Shown here piece after piece: positions 39,501 through 52,442 of a DNA stretch of 64,000 nucleotides. The notes beneath the pieces were generated by a model. The model saw nothing but the letters and a program-made list of their open reading frames with translations, did no database searches and was not told the DNA's origin. The translations under genes and the position numbers were made by a program. How positions within the stretch are numbered: position 1 is the first letter of the stretch; the number at the start of each line of letters is the position of its first letter. Source of the stretch: an uncultured Actinomycetota bacterium (GTDB taxonomy: Bacteria > Actinomycetota > Actinomycetes > JAHEKZ01); contig CAVURN010000002.1 of the NCBI GenBank assembly GCA_963743915.1, forward strand, positions 544,001 to 608,000. The letters run 5' to 3'.

Positions 39501-42475
39501 GCGTAGAACACCCTCTCGACGACTGCCCGGGCCCGACGCGTCGCGCGCCGGTAGTCCTCGACGAGGTCGCCGGACCGTCCCGGTGGGTACCCCATGACAC
39601 CGGCGACGAGGGCGAGATCCGCGGTGTCCCGCGGCACGCTGTCCCCCGGTCGACCCTTGGCCACCATGATGGCGTCGCGGATGCGCGTGGCCATCAGCCA
39701 CGCCGCACGCATGACATCGGCGTCATCGTGCTCGAGCACGCCTGCGTCCACCGCTGCCTTCATCGCCGTCAGGGTCCCAGTGGTCCGGAGTGCCGGGATG
39801 CTGCTGGCGTGCTGCATCTGGAGCAGCTGGACGGCCCACTCCACGTCAGCGAGACCGCCAGGACCCAGCTTGGTGTGCATCGCCGGGTCAGCCCCACGGG
39901 GCAGCCGCTCGGACTCGACGCGCGCCTTGATCCGACGGATCTCGGTGACGTCCCCGGGTGAGAGTCCCCCGTCCGGCCAACGGAGGCGATCGATCAGCTC
40001 GGTGAACTCGACACCGAGCTCGGCGTCCCCGGCCATGGGGAGCGCGCGCAGCAGAGCCTGGCTCTCCCACGTCAGTGACCAGCGCTCGTAGTACGCACGG
40101 TAGGAGGCCAGGCTTCGGACGAGCGCTCCGCTGCGTCCTTCCGGCCTCAGGTCCGCGTCGAGGACCATCGGGGGGTCGGGGGCGGGAAGGGTCAGCAGCC
40201 GCCGCAGCTCGGTGGCGACCGTCAGCGCGTAGGCCGTCGCGTCGTGCTCGTCCGCACCGGGGACCGGGTCGAAGACGAACAGGACGTCGAGGTCGCTGGC
40301 CAGGCTCAGCTCGCGACCACCGAACCGTCCCATCCCGATCACCGCGAAGCGTGCAGGGGCTTGTCGGGTCTGGCCGGCCAGCACGACGTCGAGGACGGTG
40401 CGCAGCGCGGCCTGCGCCACATCGGTCAGGGCCGGGCCCGAGTGATCCGGCCCGACCTGGTCGAGGACCTCGGCAGCGGCGAGCCGGAACAGCTCACGAC
40501 GGCGGATGGCCCGCACCGCCTCGGCGGCCGGCTCCGCGGACTCGGCGCGACCTGCGGTGGCTGCCATCTCGCCCTGCAGCTCCTCGAGGGAGCGCGGACG
40601 CAGGGCGTCGTCGGCGGCCAGCAGGTTGACCGCGTCCGGGGCCCGCAGAAGCAGGTCGGTGGCGAACCGGCTGCTCGCCAGGACCAGCGCCAGCCGTTCC
40701 GCGGTCGCCCCGGCGTCACGCAGCAGGGCCAGGTACCAGTGCGTGCTGCCCAGGGCCTCACTGACCCGGCGGAACGCGAGCAGCCCGGCGTCCGGATCCG
40801 GCGCATCGGCGAACCAGCCGAGCATGACCGGCAGGAGGGTGCGCTGGATGCTCGCGCGTCGGCTCACGCCGGAGGTGAGTGCCTCGAGGTGCCGCAGAGC
40901 CCCGGCGGGGTCCGCGTAGCCAAGGGCCTCCATCCGGGCCTTCGCAGCGTCCGGTGTGAGCCGCGACTCCCCCGCGTCGAGTCGCGCCACGGCAGCCAGC
41001 AGGGGTCGGTAGAACAGCTTCTCGTGGAGGCGTCGTACCTCGCGCGCGTGCCGTCGCCACTGCGACATCAGCTCGTCGACGGGATCCCGCGTGTAGCCGA
41101 GCGAGCGACCGAGCACACGCAGCGCGGCCGGGTCGCTGGGCATCAGATGGGTGCGCCGCAGTCGGCGCAGCTGCAGGCGGTGCTCGAGCACCCGCAGGTA
41201 ACGGTAGGCCTCACTCATGGACGCCGCATCGTCACGGCCCACGTACCCGCCGGCCGCGAGATCGGCGAGCGCCGTCAGTGTGTTTCCGCTGCGCACCGAC
41301 TCATCGGTGCGACCGTGCACGAGCTGGAGCAGCTGCACCGCGAACTCGATGTCGCGCAGTCCCCCAGGTCCGAGCTTGAGCTGTCGGTCTGCCTCCGCCT
41401 GCGGGACGTGCGCCTCGACGCGACGGCGCATCTGCTGCACGTCACCGACGAAGCCCTCCCGCCCGGCCGCTTGCCACACCAACGGGGAAATCGCGTCGAC
41501 GTACGCCGCCCCCAACGCCTCGTCCCCGGCCACCGGCCGAGCCTTGAGCAGGGCCTGGAACTCCCACGTCTTCGCCCACCGCTGGTAGTACGCGAGGTGG
41601 CTGGCGAGGGTGCGGGTGAGGGCCCCTGCCCGACCCTCGGGGCGCAATCCGGCATCCACCTCCCAGAGTGAGCCTTCCGCGGTGACGGTAGAGCACGCCC
41701 GGGTGAGGGATCCCGCCAGCCGGTCCCCGATCCGGGTGGCGGTCACCTCGTCGACCCCGACGTCGGGCTCGACGACGAAGATGACATCCACGTCGCTGAC
41801 GTAGTTCAGCTCACGCCCGCCGCACTTGCCCATGCCGATGACCGAAATGCGGACACCGTCGGCCTCGTCGCCCACCTCCGCCCGGGCGATGGCCAGAGCC
41901 GCCTCCAGCGCGGCAGCCGCCAGGTCAGCGAGCTCCGCGGCGACATCGGAGACGTCGGGACCCGAGCCGAGGTCGCGCGCGGCCACCTGCAGCAGACGGC
42001 GTCGATAGGCGAGGCGAAGCGCATCCATCGCCCGTGCCCCGTCGAGGCCACTGCGCGGCCGCGGCTGGTCCGGGTCGGCCTGCACGGCGATGAGCAGCTC
42101 GCTACGGAGTGCAGCGGCGGTCGGCCGGGACAGCTCCAGGCCGGGTTGGAGGACGAGCTGGGCATCCTGCGGATGACGCGTCAGGTGGTCGGTCAGCGCA
42201 CTGCTGACCCCGAGGACCGCCAGCAGCCGAGTCCCGGCATCGCCACTGACCGCAGAGAGCAGGGCCGTCGGATCGCTCGATGCCTCGAGCACGCGCGCAA
42301 GACCGGTCAACGCCGCGTCGGGGTCTGCGGTCGCACCGAGCGAGGACACCAACGCGTCGGGGAGCGGCTCTCCGCGTTCGGAGAGCCGGGTCAGGGTCCT
42401 CAGGGCCGCGTCCGCGTCGACGAACCCCCACCGGGACAGCCGCCCGGGGGTCGTCACGACACGTCCACCCGCCAC
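39497..42475 (-). CDS. glnE: Bifunctional glutamine synthetase adenylyltransferase/deadenylase
   Basis: GMGKCGGRELNYVSDVD, LRPEG, KLGPGGLRDIEF, second domain GMGRFGGRELSLASDLD. Confidence 0.97.
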   Translation of the reverse strand: MAGGRVVTTPGRLSRWGFVDADAALRTLTRLSERGEPLPDALVSSLGATADPDAALTGLARVLEASSDPTALLSAVSGDAGTRLLAVLGVSSALTDHLTRHPQDAQLVLQPGLELSRPTAAALRSELLIAVQADPDQPRPRSGLDGARAMDALRLAYRRRLLQVAARDLGSGPDVSDVAAELADLAAAALEAALAIARAEVGDEADGVRISVIGMGKCGGRELNYVSDVDVIFVVEPDVGVDEVTATRIGDRLAGSLTRACSTVTAEGSLWEVDAGLRPEGRAGALTRTLASHLAYYQRWAKTWEFQALLKARPVAGDEALGAAYVDAISPLVWQAAGREGFVGDVQQMRRRVEAHVPQAEADRQLKLGPGGLRDIEFAVQLLQLVHGRTDESVRSGNTLTALADLAAGGYVGRDDAASMSEAYRYLRVLEHRLQLRRLRRTHLMPSDPAALRVLGRSLGYTRDPVDELMSQWRRHAREVRRLHEKLFYRPLLAAVARLDAGESRLTPDAAKARMEALGYADPAGALRHLEALTSGVSRRASIQRTLLPVMLGWFADAPDPDAGLLAFRRVSEALGSTHWYLALLRDAGATAERLALVLASSRFATDLLLRAPDAVNLLAADDALRPRSLEELQGEMAATAGRAESAEPAAEAVRAIRRRELFRLAAAEVLDQVGPDHSGPALTDVAQAALRTVLDVVLAGQTRQAPARFAVIGMGRFGGRELSLASDLDVLFVFDPVPGADEHDATAYALTVATELRRLLTLPAPDPPMVLDADLRPEGRSGALVRSLASYRAYYERWSLTWESQALLRALPMAGDAELGVEFTELIDRLRWPDGGLSPGDVTEIRRIKARVESERLPRGADPAMHTKLGPGGLADVEWAVQLLQMQHASSIPALRTTGTLTAMKAAVDAGVLEHDDADVMRAAWLMATRIRDAIMVAKGRPGDSVPRDTADLALVAGVMGYPPGRSGDLVEDYRRATRRARAVVERVFYA

Positions 42476-42527
42476 GCGCCCACCGTAGCGACGCCGGAGC
42501 AGCGTCCCGGCGTCGAAACGCGCCGAC

Positions 42528-43862
42528 CTAGAGGACCGGCAGGTACCGCTGGAGCTCGAAGGGCGTCACCTGGTTGCGGTACTCCTGCCACTCCGCCCGC
42601 TTGTTCCGCAGGAAGAAGTCGAACACCTGCTCCCCGAGCGTCTCGGCGACGAGCTCACTGCGCTCCATGACCGCGATCGCCTCGGCGAGGTTCTGCGGGA
42701 GCGGGTCGATACCCATGGCGCGTCGCTCTCCCTCGGTGAGTGACCACACATCGTCCTCGGCCCCGGACGGCAGCTCGTACCCCTCCTCGATGCCCCGCAG
42801 CCCGGCCGCGAGGAGCACCGCGAAGGCGAGGTAGGGATTGCACGCGGGGTCGAGCGTGCGCACCTCGATGCGCGTGCTCTGTCCCTTGGACGGCTTGTAC
42901 ATCGGGACCCGCACCATGGCGGAACGGTTGTTGTGGCCCCAGCAGACGTACGCCGGAGCCTCACCGCCTCCGTAGAGCCGCTTGTACGAGTTCACCCATT
43001 GGTTCGTGACAGCGCTGATCTCAGGGGCATGTCGGAGCAGGCCCGCGATGAACCCTCGGCCCACCTTCGACAGCTGGTACTCCGCCCCGGGCTCGAAGAA
43101 CGCGTTACGGTCGCCCTCGAAGAGCGACAGGTGCGTGTGCATGCCGGAGCCAGGGTGCTCGGCGAACGGTTTGGGCATGAAGGAGGCAAACAGCCCCTGC
43201 GAGAGCGCGACCTCCTTGATCACCGTGCGGAACGTCATGATGTTGTCAGCGGTGCTGAGCGCGTCCGCGTACCTGAGGTCGATCTCCTGCTGGCCCGGTG
43301 CACCTTCGTGGTGGCTGAACTCCACCGAGATCCCCATCGACTCGAGCATGTTGATGGCGGTGCGACGGAAGTCCTGACCGACCGACGTCGGTGTGTGGTC
43401 GAAGTAGCCGCCGTAGTCGATCGGCGTGGGGCCGACGCCCGCCTCGGGGAGGTCCTTGAAGAGGAAGAACTCGATCTCCGGGTGGGTGTAGAACGTGAAG
43501 CCCATGTCGGCTGCACGCCCGAGGGCACGTTTGAGGACGTAGCGCGGGTCCGCGTACGACGGTGATCCGTCGGGCATGAGGATGTCGCAGAACATCCGGG
43601 CGACACCCGGCTCACCCCTCCAGGGCAGCACCGTGAACGAGGTGGGGTCGGGCTTGACCAGCATGTCCGACTCCGAGACGCGGGCGAAGCCCTCGATGGC
43701 GGAGCCGTCGAAGCCGATCCCCTCGGCGAAGGCCGCTTCGAGCTCTGCGGGTGCCACGGCCACCGACTTCAGGTAGCCGAGTACGTCGGTGAACCACAGT
43801 CGAATGAAGCGGATGTCGCGTTCCTCGGTGGTGCGGAGCACGAACTCCTGCTGCTTGTCCAT
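42528..43862 (-). CDS. glnA2: Glutamine synthetase-like GlnA2
   Basis: MDKQQEFVLRT, FDGSAIEGFARV, HHEGAPGQQEID, RYLPVL C-terminus; directly upstream of glnE. Confidence 0.95.
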   Translation of the reverse strand: MDKQQEFVLRTTEERDIRFIRLWFTDVLGYLKSVAVAPAELEAAFAEGIGFDGSAIEGFARVSESDMLVKPDPTSFTVLPWRGEPGVARMFCDILMPDGSPSYADPRYVLKRALGRAADMGFTFYTHPEIEFFLFKDLPEAGVGPTPIDYGGYFDHTPTSVGQDFRRTAINMLESMGISVEFSHHEGAPGQQEIDLRYADALSTADNIMTFRTVIKEVALSQGLFASFMPKPFAEHPGSGMHTHLSLFEGDRNAFFEPGAEYQLSKVGRGFIAGLLRHAPEISAVTNQWVNSYKRLYGGGEAPAYVCWGHNNRSAMVRVPMYKPSKGQSTRIEVRTLDPACNPYLAFAVLLAAGLRGIEEGYELPSGAEDDVWSLTEGERRAMGIDPLPQNLAEAIAVMERSELVAETLGEQVFDFFLRNKRAEWQEYRNQVTPFELQRYLPVL

Positions 43863-43884
43863 GCACCCATCGTGACCGGGACGT

Positions 43885-43900
43885 GTTTCCGCGACGTTAC
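43885..43900 (-). promoter_or_regulatory. GlnR box upstream of glnA2
   Basis: Minus strand GTAAC-gtcgcg-GAAAC. Confidence 0.75.
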
Positions 43901-44256
43901 AGCGCGGCCTCCGCGACTGCCTGCTTCGTCTGTCGTGTGATGCGGTGCTCGGCCACGAACGACAGGAAGGGCACGGTTCCTGCCAGACACACCAGGATCG
44001 AGCGCTTGAGCGGCCACCGCATCCGGAATGCCAGGTCGAACACCGTGACGAGGTACCCCATGTACACGAACCCATGGACGCGGGGCACCAGGTCGAGCAC
44101 CGTCTCGACGTCCAGCACGTAGCGCAGCAACATGTTGGCGACGAGCAGCAGCAGACCGATACCGGCGGCCCACGCCATCACGCGGTACCGGGTCAGCGCC
44201 CCGCCGACGCTCGCGGACGACGGAGCGGCACCCGGTGCGTGGTCGCCTTCGGTCAT
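43897..44256 (-). CDS. DUF3817 family membrane protein
   Basis: RYRVMAW, HGFVYMGYL, AGTVPFLSFVAE. Confidence 0.88.
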   Translation of the reverse strand: MTEGDHAPGAAPSSASVGGALTRYRVMAWAAGIGLLLLVANMLLRYVLDVETVLDLVPRVHGFVYMGYLVTVFDLAFRMRWPLKRSILVCLAGTVPFLSFVAEHRITRQTKQAVAEAAL

Positions 44257-45041
44257 GTCCCGCCTCTCTCGTCGCGTCCCTCGATCGTGCCAAGCGCCTC
44301 GAGGGTCGGCACCTCCGGGTCCGCTCGCCGGTCCTCCGCCTCGACCCGCGCCATGCGCACGAACCAGAAGATCGCGAACAGCCCGAACAGCCACCACTGG
44401 ATGGCGTAGGCGAGGTTCTGCCAGTCGATCTCGCTGTCCGTGGTCAGTGCGGGCGGTGCGACCGGCCGCATAGGGGCGTCCGGCGCCGGCTCATCGACGA
44501 TGACGAACCCCTGGAGCAGAGGGGGCGGCGTCCACAGCGAGAGCAGCTCGGGACTCGACACGATCTCGACCTGACCCGAAGGCAGCGGATCACGCCCTGG
44601 CTTGCGCAGTGTCGTCGGCTCACTGGGTTCCAGCCACCCTTCGAGCCGCATCTCCCCTGCCGGCGGCGTCGGCGGGGACTCACCTTCCGGCAGCCATCCG
44701 CGAACCACGGGGACGGTGACCCCCGGAGTCTTCGCGAGGACGAAGGCCGTCAGCACCCACGCACCCGGCTCCCCGGCATCGAGACGGTCGACCACGAGCA
44801 GCTGACGGTCGCCGTCGTAGGAGCCACGCACGGTGACCCGGCGGCCGGTGTCGGCCGGGTCGACCGGCTCACCGACCTGATGGAAGTCGTCGAGCGGCAC
44901 GACACCCGACGGCGGCTCCCGCACGACCTCGGTGGTCGCCCGGTCCCACTGCCACCACCCCAGGAGCACGCACACGGCGACCACGACCACCAGCGACGCC
45001 AACAGCCCCAGCCAGCGGGGGGACAGCATCCAACGGGGCAC
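44253..45041 (-). CDS. SURF1 family protein
   Basis: LGWWQWDRA, VPVVRGW, QNLAYAIQWWLFG. Confidence 0.9.
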   Translation of the reverse strand: MPRWMLSPRWLGLLASLVVVVAVCVLLGWWQWDRATTEVVREPPSGVVPLDDFHQVGEPVDPADTGRRVTVRGSYDGDRQLLVVDRLDAGEPGAWVLTAFVLAKTPGVTVPVVRGWLPEGESPPTPPAGEMRLEGWLEPSEPTTLRKPGRDPLPSGQVEIVSSPELLSLWTPPPLLQGFVIVDEPAPDAPMRPVAPPALTTDSEIDWQNLAYAIQWWLFGLFAIFWFVRMARVEAEDRRADPEVPTLEALGTIEGRDERGGT

Positions 45042-45120
45042 TCAGGGACCGTATCCCGCGCACGGGTGGGCCCCTGCGAGGTGCCCGCTCCCGCCGTCGC
45101 CCGATGACTAGGCTCGACTT

Positions 45121-46846
45121 GTGGCGTCCGACCAGGCCTCCGATCCGGCCGCAGACCCGATGACGGGATCGAACGCCCCGTTGCGGGTGGCCCTCGTCCA
45201 GTCCGACGCCACGGTCGGAGACCTTCGGGGCAATCTCGAGATCGTGCGGCAGCGCACCCGCGCCGCGGCGGACGCGGGTGCCCGGCTGGTGGTGTTCCCC
45301 GAGATGTTCCTCACCGGCTACCCCGTCGAGGACCTCGCGCTCCGCAAGTCGTTCATCGAGGCCTCGCGCGAGCACCTGGCCGCCCTGGCCGAGCACCTGG
45401 CCGCCGACGGCCTGGGTGGCACGACGGTCGTGGTCGGGTACCTCGACCGAGCCGCTGACGGCCAGGACCGGCTGGGGCGCCCCCGTCACTCGCCGCAGAA
45501 TGCGGCGGCGGTCCTGCGCGACGGGGCCGTGGTGGCGCGGTACGCGAAACACCATCTCCCGAACTATGGCGTCTTCGACGAGTTCCGGTACTTCGTCCCG
45601 GGCAGCTCCCCGTGCACGTTCGACGTGGCGGGGTGGAACGTGGCCCTGGCGATCTGCGAGGACCTGTGGCAGGAGGGTGGGCCGGTCAGGTGGGCGCGTG
45701 ACGCCTCGGCCGACCTTCTCCTGGTCATCAACGGCTCGCCGTACGAGCGCGACAAGGACGACACCAGGCTCGACCTCTGTCGCCGTCGAGCGTCGGAGGC
45801 CGGCATGCCGTTGGCCTACGTGAACCTCGTCGGCGGCCAGGACGAGCTCGTCTTCGACGGTGACTCGCTCGTGGTCGACCGCGACGGGACGGTCCTGGGA
45901 CGCGCCGGACAGTTCGTCGAGGAGGTACTGGTCGTCGACGTGGGCGCCGAGGTGGTCGCACCCGTCACCGAGCGGCTGCCGGACGTCGAAGAGGTCTACC
46001 GGGCACTGATGTGCGGGCTCGAGGGCTACGTGCGCAAGAACGGGTTCCGGTCGGTGATCCTCGGTCTCTCCGGAGGCATCGACTCCGCGCTCACCGCGGC
46101 CATCGCCGTCGATGCCCTCGGCCCAGCGGCGGTCCACGGTGTCGGCATGCCCAGCGCCTACTCCTCGCAGCACTCCCGCGACGACGCTGCGGACCTGGCG
46201 CGACGCACGGGCCTGTCGTTCCGTGAAGTCCCGATCGCGCTCGATGGTCGACGCCTACCTGGACGCTCTGGCGCTGACCGGGCTCGCCGAGGAGAACCTG
46301 CAGGCGCGTGTGCGGGGCACGGCACTGATGGGGCTGTCGAACCAGGAGGGGCATCTGGTCCTGGCCACTGGCAACAAGAGCGAACTGTCCGTCGGGTACT
46401 CCACCCTCTACGGCGACGCCGTGGGTGGCTACGCACCGCTCAAGGACGTGCCCAAGACCCTCGTGTGGGAGCTGGCGCGCTGGCGCAACGCCGCCGCCGA
46501 GGCGGCCGGGCAGGAGGCACCCATCCCGCCCAACAGCATCGAGAAGCCCCCGTCCGCCGAGCTCCGGCCGGGACAGCTCGACACCGACGCCCTCCCCGAC
46601 TACGCCGTCCTCGACGACATCCTCGACGACTACGTCGAGCAGGACCGCGGGGCATCCGACCTCGTCGCGGCCGGGTTCCCCCGTGAGCTCGTCGAGCATG
46701 TCGTCACCCTGACGGACCGGGCGGAGTACAAGAGGCGCCAGTACCCTCCGGGGCCGAAGATCTCGTTCAAGGCGTTCGGACGTGACCGCCGGCTGCCGAT
46801 CACCAGCAGGTGGCGCGAAGACCTCGACACTCGTCGGCACCCGTGA
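45121..46846 (+). CDS. nadE: Glutamine-dependent NAD+ synthetase, frameshift near 46240
   Basis: Nitrilase domain (FPE, KHHLPNYGVFDE, ICEDLW), SGGIDS, ENLQAR, TGNKSE, PPSAELRPGQ, EYKRRQ. Confidence 0.96.
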
Positions 46847-47607
46847 CCCCGCGCACCGACCTGCCGCCCCCACCGCCCTGGGCCGAGCTCGCCCGGACGC
46901 CGAGCGCGCTCTTCCTCGACATCGACGGAACCCTGCTGGAGTTCGAGTCCCACCCCGGGCTGGTGCGGGCCACGGAGGGGCTCATCGAGCTGCTGCAAGC
47001 GGTCAGCGTCGCCCTCGACGGGGCCGTGGCGCTGATCTCAGGTCGCGCGCTCACCGACATCGACCGGGTGTTCCGTCCGTGGCAGCCCTACGCGGCCGGC
47101 GTCCACGGTGCTGAGGTCCGGGGCAGCACGGGAACCCGTCTCCACCAGGCCGACGACGTCCTGCTGGCCACGCTCCGCCGACGGGTCTCCGACGAGCTGA
47201 GCACCGAGGGCGTCTGGATGGAGGACAAAGGACACGGCTTCGCGCTGCACTACCGAGACGCTCCCGGTGCCGAGGAGTCCGTGCGCGCCCTCGCCCTCGA
47301 GCTGGCCGAGGCCTCAGGAGGGACCCTCGAGGTGCAGCCGGGCTCCTACGTGCAGGAGCTTCGGCCGGCCGCCTATGACAAAGGGCTCGCCGTGGACGAG
47401 CTCATGGAGCAACCCCCGTTCTCAGGCCGCCGGCCGGTCGTGGTCGGGGACGACCGCACCGACGAGTACGCCTTCGCCGCGGCGAATGCCCGGGAAGGGG
47501 TGTCCGTGCTGGTGGGGCCACGCAGCGATACGGTCGCGCAGTACCGGATCGCCGACCCGGCCGCGGTTCGTGGCTGGCTCTCGGGGATCCTCGAGGAGGT
47601 GTCGTGA
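46843..47607 (+). CDS. otsB: Trehalose-6-phosphate phosphatase
   Basis: HAD motifs FLDIDGTL, ISGR, DKG, GDDRTDEYAF; GTGA overlap with nadE. Confidence 0.93.
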   Translation: MTPRTDLPPPPPWAELARTPSALFLDIDGTLLEFESHPGLVRATEGLIELLQAVSVALDGAVALISGRALTDIDRVFRPWQPYAAGVHGAEVRGSTGTRLHQADDVLLATLRRRVSDELSTEGVWMEDKGHGFALHYRDAPGAEESVRALALELAEASGGTLEVQPGSYVQELRPAAYDKGLAVDELMEQPPFSGRRPVVVGDDRTDEYAFAAANAREGVSVLVGPRSDTVAQYRIADPAAVRGWLSGILEEVS

Positions 47608-49390
47608 TGGCGGGTGACGCCCATCCTCTGGACCTCGCCGTCATCGGGAACGGCACCGTCGGCATGCTCGTCGACCGCCGCGGACGGTATGTCTGGGGGT
47701 GCCTGCCGCATCTTGCCGCCGACCCGTCCTTCTGCGAGCTGCTGCAGCCCACGACCGAGGGCCACGGCGTCTGCTCGGTCGACCTCGAGGGGTTCGTCTC
47801 CAGCGAGCAGCACTACCTGCCGAACACCGCCGTGCTGGTCACCACGCTCTACGCCGAGGACGGCAGCTCGGTGGAGATCACCGACTTCTCGCCGCGTTTC
47901 CGCCGCTGGGACCGGCTCTACCACCCGGTGATGTTCGTCCGACGGATCCGGCCCATGGCCGGCGTTCCTCGCGTGACGCTCCGGGTGCGCCCCCTCGCCG
48001 ACTGGGGAGCACGCATCCCGGACCGGACCAGCGGCAGCCACCACATCCGCTGGGTGCTCAAGGACACCACGCTGCGCCTCACCACCGACACCAGAGTCCC
48101 GTTCGTCGAACGCGAGCTGCCCCTGGTCCTCGACCGTCCCGTGAACATGATTCTCGGTCCCGACGAGAGCCTGACGACGTCCGCCGAGGCCTTCGTGCTC
48201 GAGGCGTACGACCGCACCGTCGACTACTGGCAGTCGTGGTCGCGATCGCTGTCGATCCCGTTCGAGTGGCAGGACGCGGTGATCCGTGCGGCGATCACCC
48301 TCAAGCTCTGCCAGTACGAGGGAACCGGTGCGATCGTCGCGGCTCTGACGACCTCGATCCCGGAGGCACCGAACTCCGAACGGAACTGGGACTACCGCTA
48401 CTGCTGGTTGCGCGACGCCGCCTTCGTCGTCCGGACGCTCAATCAGCTCGGGGCGACCAAGAGCATGGAGGACTTCCTCGGGTACATCTACACCCTGGCA
48501 TCGGGGCTGGAGGGGATGCAGCCGGTGTACGGCATCCACTTCGAGAGGGTGCTGGCCGAAGAGGTCGAACCTCACCTGCGTGGCTACCAGGGGCACGGCC
48601 CGGTGCGCAGCGGCAACTTGGCCTACCTGCAACGTCAGCACGACGTCTACGGCAGCGTGGTCCTGGCCTCCACCCACCTGTTCTTCGACCAGCGGCTCAC
48701 CACGCCCGGGGACAGCGGCGCCTACGAGCAGCTCGAACGGGCCGGCGACCTCGCGTACTCCGTCTACGACCAGCCTGATGCCGGACTGTGGGAGTTCCGT
48801 GGACGCGAAGGCGTCCACACCTACAGCAGCGTCATGTGCTGGGTGGCTGCCGACCGGTTGGCGAAGATCGCCCAGCAGCTCGGACGCACCGAGCGCGTCA
48901 CGCACTGGCGTGCCCGCGCCGACGAGATGCGCGAGCGGATCCTGCAGGAGGCCTACGACCCGGAGCAGGGCGCCTTCATGGAGACATGGGGTGGGAGCCG
49001 CCTGGATGCCTCGACCCTGGTGCTGGCCGACCTCGGGTTCGTCGGAGCCGACGACGACCGGTTCCTCGGAACCCTCGCGGCGGTCGAGAAGCACCTGCGA
49101 CGCGGCAACTACGTGTTCCGGTACATCGACGCCGACGACTTCGGTGAGCCGCACACGTCGTTCAACCTCTGCACCTTCTGGTACCTCGATGCGCTGGCGC
49201 GCGTCGGACGCACCGACGAGGCACGCGAGCTCTTCGAGCACATCCTCGCCCGGCGCAACCACCTCGGTCTGATGTCGGAGGACCTGGACCCCGAGACGGG
49301 CGAGCAGTGGGGGAACTTCCCTCAGACCTACTCGATGCTCGGCATCATCCAGATCGCGATGCGGCTGTCGGAGCCGTGGGAGCTCGCGAC

Positions 49391-49394
<4 letters not shown>
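47607..49394 (+). CDS. Glycoside hydrolase family 15 (trehalase-like)
   Basis: [44 protein letters not shown]. Confidence 0.93.
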
Positions 49395-50764
<1,370 letters not shown>

Positions 50765-50860
50765 CCGCGCGCCGAGCGGGATGTTTGGGATATGGGCCCG
50801 ACGGTGCCACCATGGAGGCAGTCCGGGGACCGCTCAGGCCTCGAGGCGAAAGGATCTGCC

Positions 50861-51715
50861 ATGACGCACTTCGCCCCTTCGTCCGACCACGGCCGCCGCC
50901 TGTACGGAGGCGATCCGTCACGACGGGTCACCCTGCACGACCTGGCCCGCGCCAAGGAACGCGGCGAGCGATGGCCGATGCTCACCGCCTACGACGCCAT
51001 GACCGCCCGCCTGTTCGACGAGGCCGGCATCCCGGTGCTGCTCGTCGGCGACTCCGCCGCCAACGTGGTCTACGGCTACGACACCACCCTCCCCATCACG
51101 ATGGACGAATTGGTGCCGCTCGTCGCGGCCGTCACCCGCTCCACGCGTCGCGCCCTGGTGGTGGCCGACATGCCGTTCGGGACGTACCAGGCGTCGCCTG
51201 ACCAGGCGCTCGGCGAGGCAGCCCGCTTTCTCAAGGAGGGCGGCGCGCACGCGGTCAAGCTCGAAGGCGGCCAGCGGATCCTTCCGCAGGTCGAAGCGCT
51301 CGTCGGCGCGGGCATTCCGGTGATGGGGCACCTCGGACTCACCCCGCAGTCGGTCAACGCCCTCGGCGGCTACCGCGTGCAGGGGCGTGGAGGCGCCGGT
51401 GAGCGCCTGCTGCGCGACGCCAAGTCACTCGAGGCCGCAGGCGCCTTCGCCGTCGTGCTCGAGGTCGTCCCCGCCGCACTCGCCGAGCGCGTCACCGCCG
51501 CCCTGTCCATCCCGACCATCGGCATCGGTGCCGGTAACGCCTGCGACGCCCAGGTCAACGTCTGGCAGGACCTCGTCGGCCTCACGCCGGCGCCGCGTCC
51601 GAAGTTCGTGCGCGAGTACGCCGACGTCCGCTCGATCATGGCCGACGCCGTCCGTGCCTGGTCCGAGGACGTCGTGTCGGGTGCCTACCCCGCCGACGAG
51701 CACTCCTACGAGTGA
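50861..51715 (+). CDS. panB: 3-methyl-2-oxobutanoate hydroxymethyltransferase
   Basis: [33 protein letters not shown]. Confidence 0.97.
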   Translation: MTHFAPSSDHGRRLYGGDPSRRVTLHDLARAKERGERWPMLTAYDAMTARLFDEAGIPVLLVGDSAANVVYGYDTTLPITMDELVPLVAAVTRSTRRALVVADMPFGTYQASPDQALGEAARFLKEGGAHAVKLEGGQRILPQVEALVGAGIPVMGHLGLTPQSVNALGGYRVQGRGGAGERLLRDAKSLEAAGAFAVVLEVVPAALAERVTAALSIPTIGIGAGNACDAQVNVWQDLVGLTPAPRPKFVREYADVRSIMADAVRAWSEDVVSGAYPADEHSYE

Positions 51716-52404
51716 GGGCGGCCGTTCCACCCGGCGATTCGCACCCCTGAGTGCACCCGGTAGCGGCGGTTGATGGCGATCAGGTTCGCCGTCAGGGCCT
51801 CGACCTGACGGGCGTTGCGCAGCCGTCCGGCGTGGACGCCTCGGAGCCCGTCGATGCTGTCGGCAAGGTCGATGACCTGCTGCACCGCGACGTCGTCATC
51901 TCCGACGACCATCACATCGGTCTCCAGCGCAGCAGCTTCATCGAGGAGCTTCGACGCCGAGACATGGTGGAAGGCGCCGACGACACGCGCTGACGGCACC
52001 AGCTGCTGCGCCTGTTCGCAGGCACTCCCCTCGGGGACCGGCAGCGCGAACGGACCTTGGGCATCGAAGCCGAGTGGGTTCACACAGTCCACCAGAACGC
52101 TGTCGGCGATCGAGTCTCCGAGCTGCTGCAGCGTTGCTGCGTGCGCCGCCCAAGGAACGGTCAGCAGCACCAGATCAGCGTCACAGGCGTCGAGGTTCGT
52201 GCCGCCGGTGACCTCTCCACGCGTCGACGTGGGTAAGGACGCCGCAGACTGCCGAGCGCGATCGCCGTCACGGGAACCGATCGCCACCCGGTGCCCAGCC
52301 GCAGCGAGCCGCACCGCCAGTCCTCGCCCGAGCGCACCCGTACCGCCGATGATTCCCACACGGGTGGCCCTGGCACCGGGCTCACCCTCGACACGCTCAC
52401 CCAT
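51706..52404 (-). CDS. npdG: NADPH-dependent F420 reductase
   Basis: [45 protein letters not shown]. Confidence 0.9.
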   Translation of the reverse strand: MGERVEGEPGARATRVGIIGGTGALGRGLAVRLAAAGHRVAIGSRDGDRARQSAASLPTSTRGEVTGGTNLDACDADLVLLTVPWAAHAATLQQLGDSIADSVLVDCVNPLGFDAQGPFALPVPEGSACEQAQQLVPSARVVGAFHHVSASKLLDEAAALETDVMVVGDDDVAVQQVIDLADSIDGLRGVHAGRLRNARQVEALTANLIAINRRYRVHSGVRIAGWNGRPHS

Positions 52405-52442
52405 GGCGTGCATCGTCGCACCCGCACCGGCACGATGGTCAG

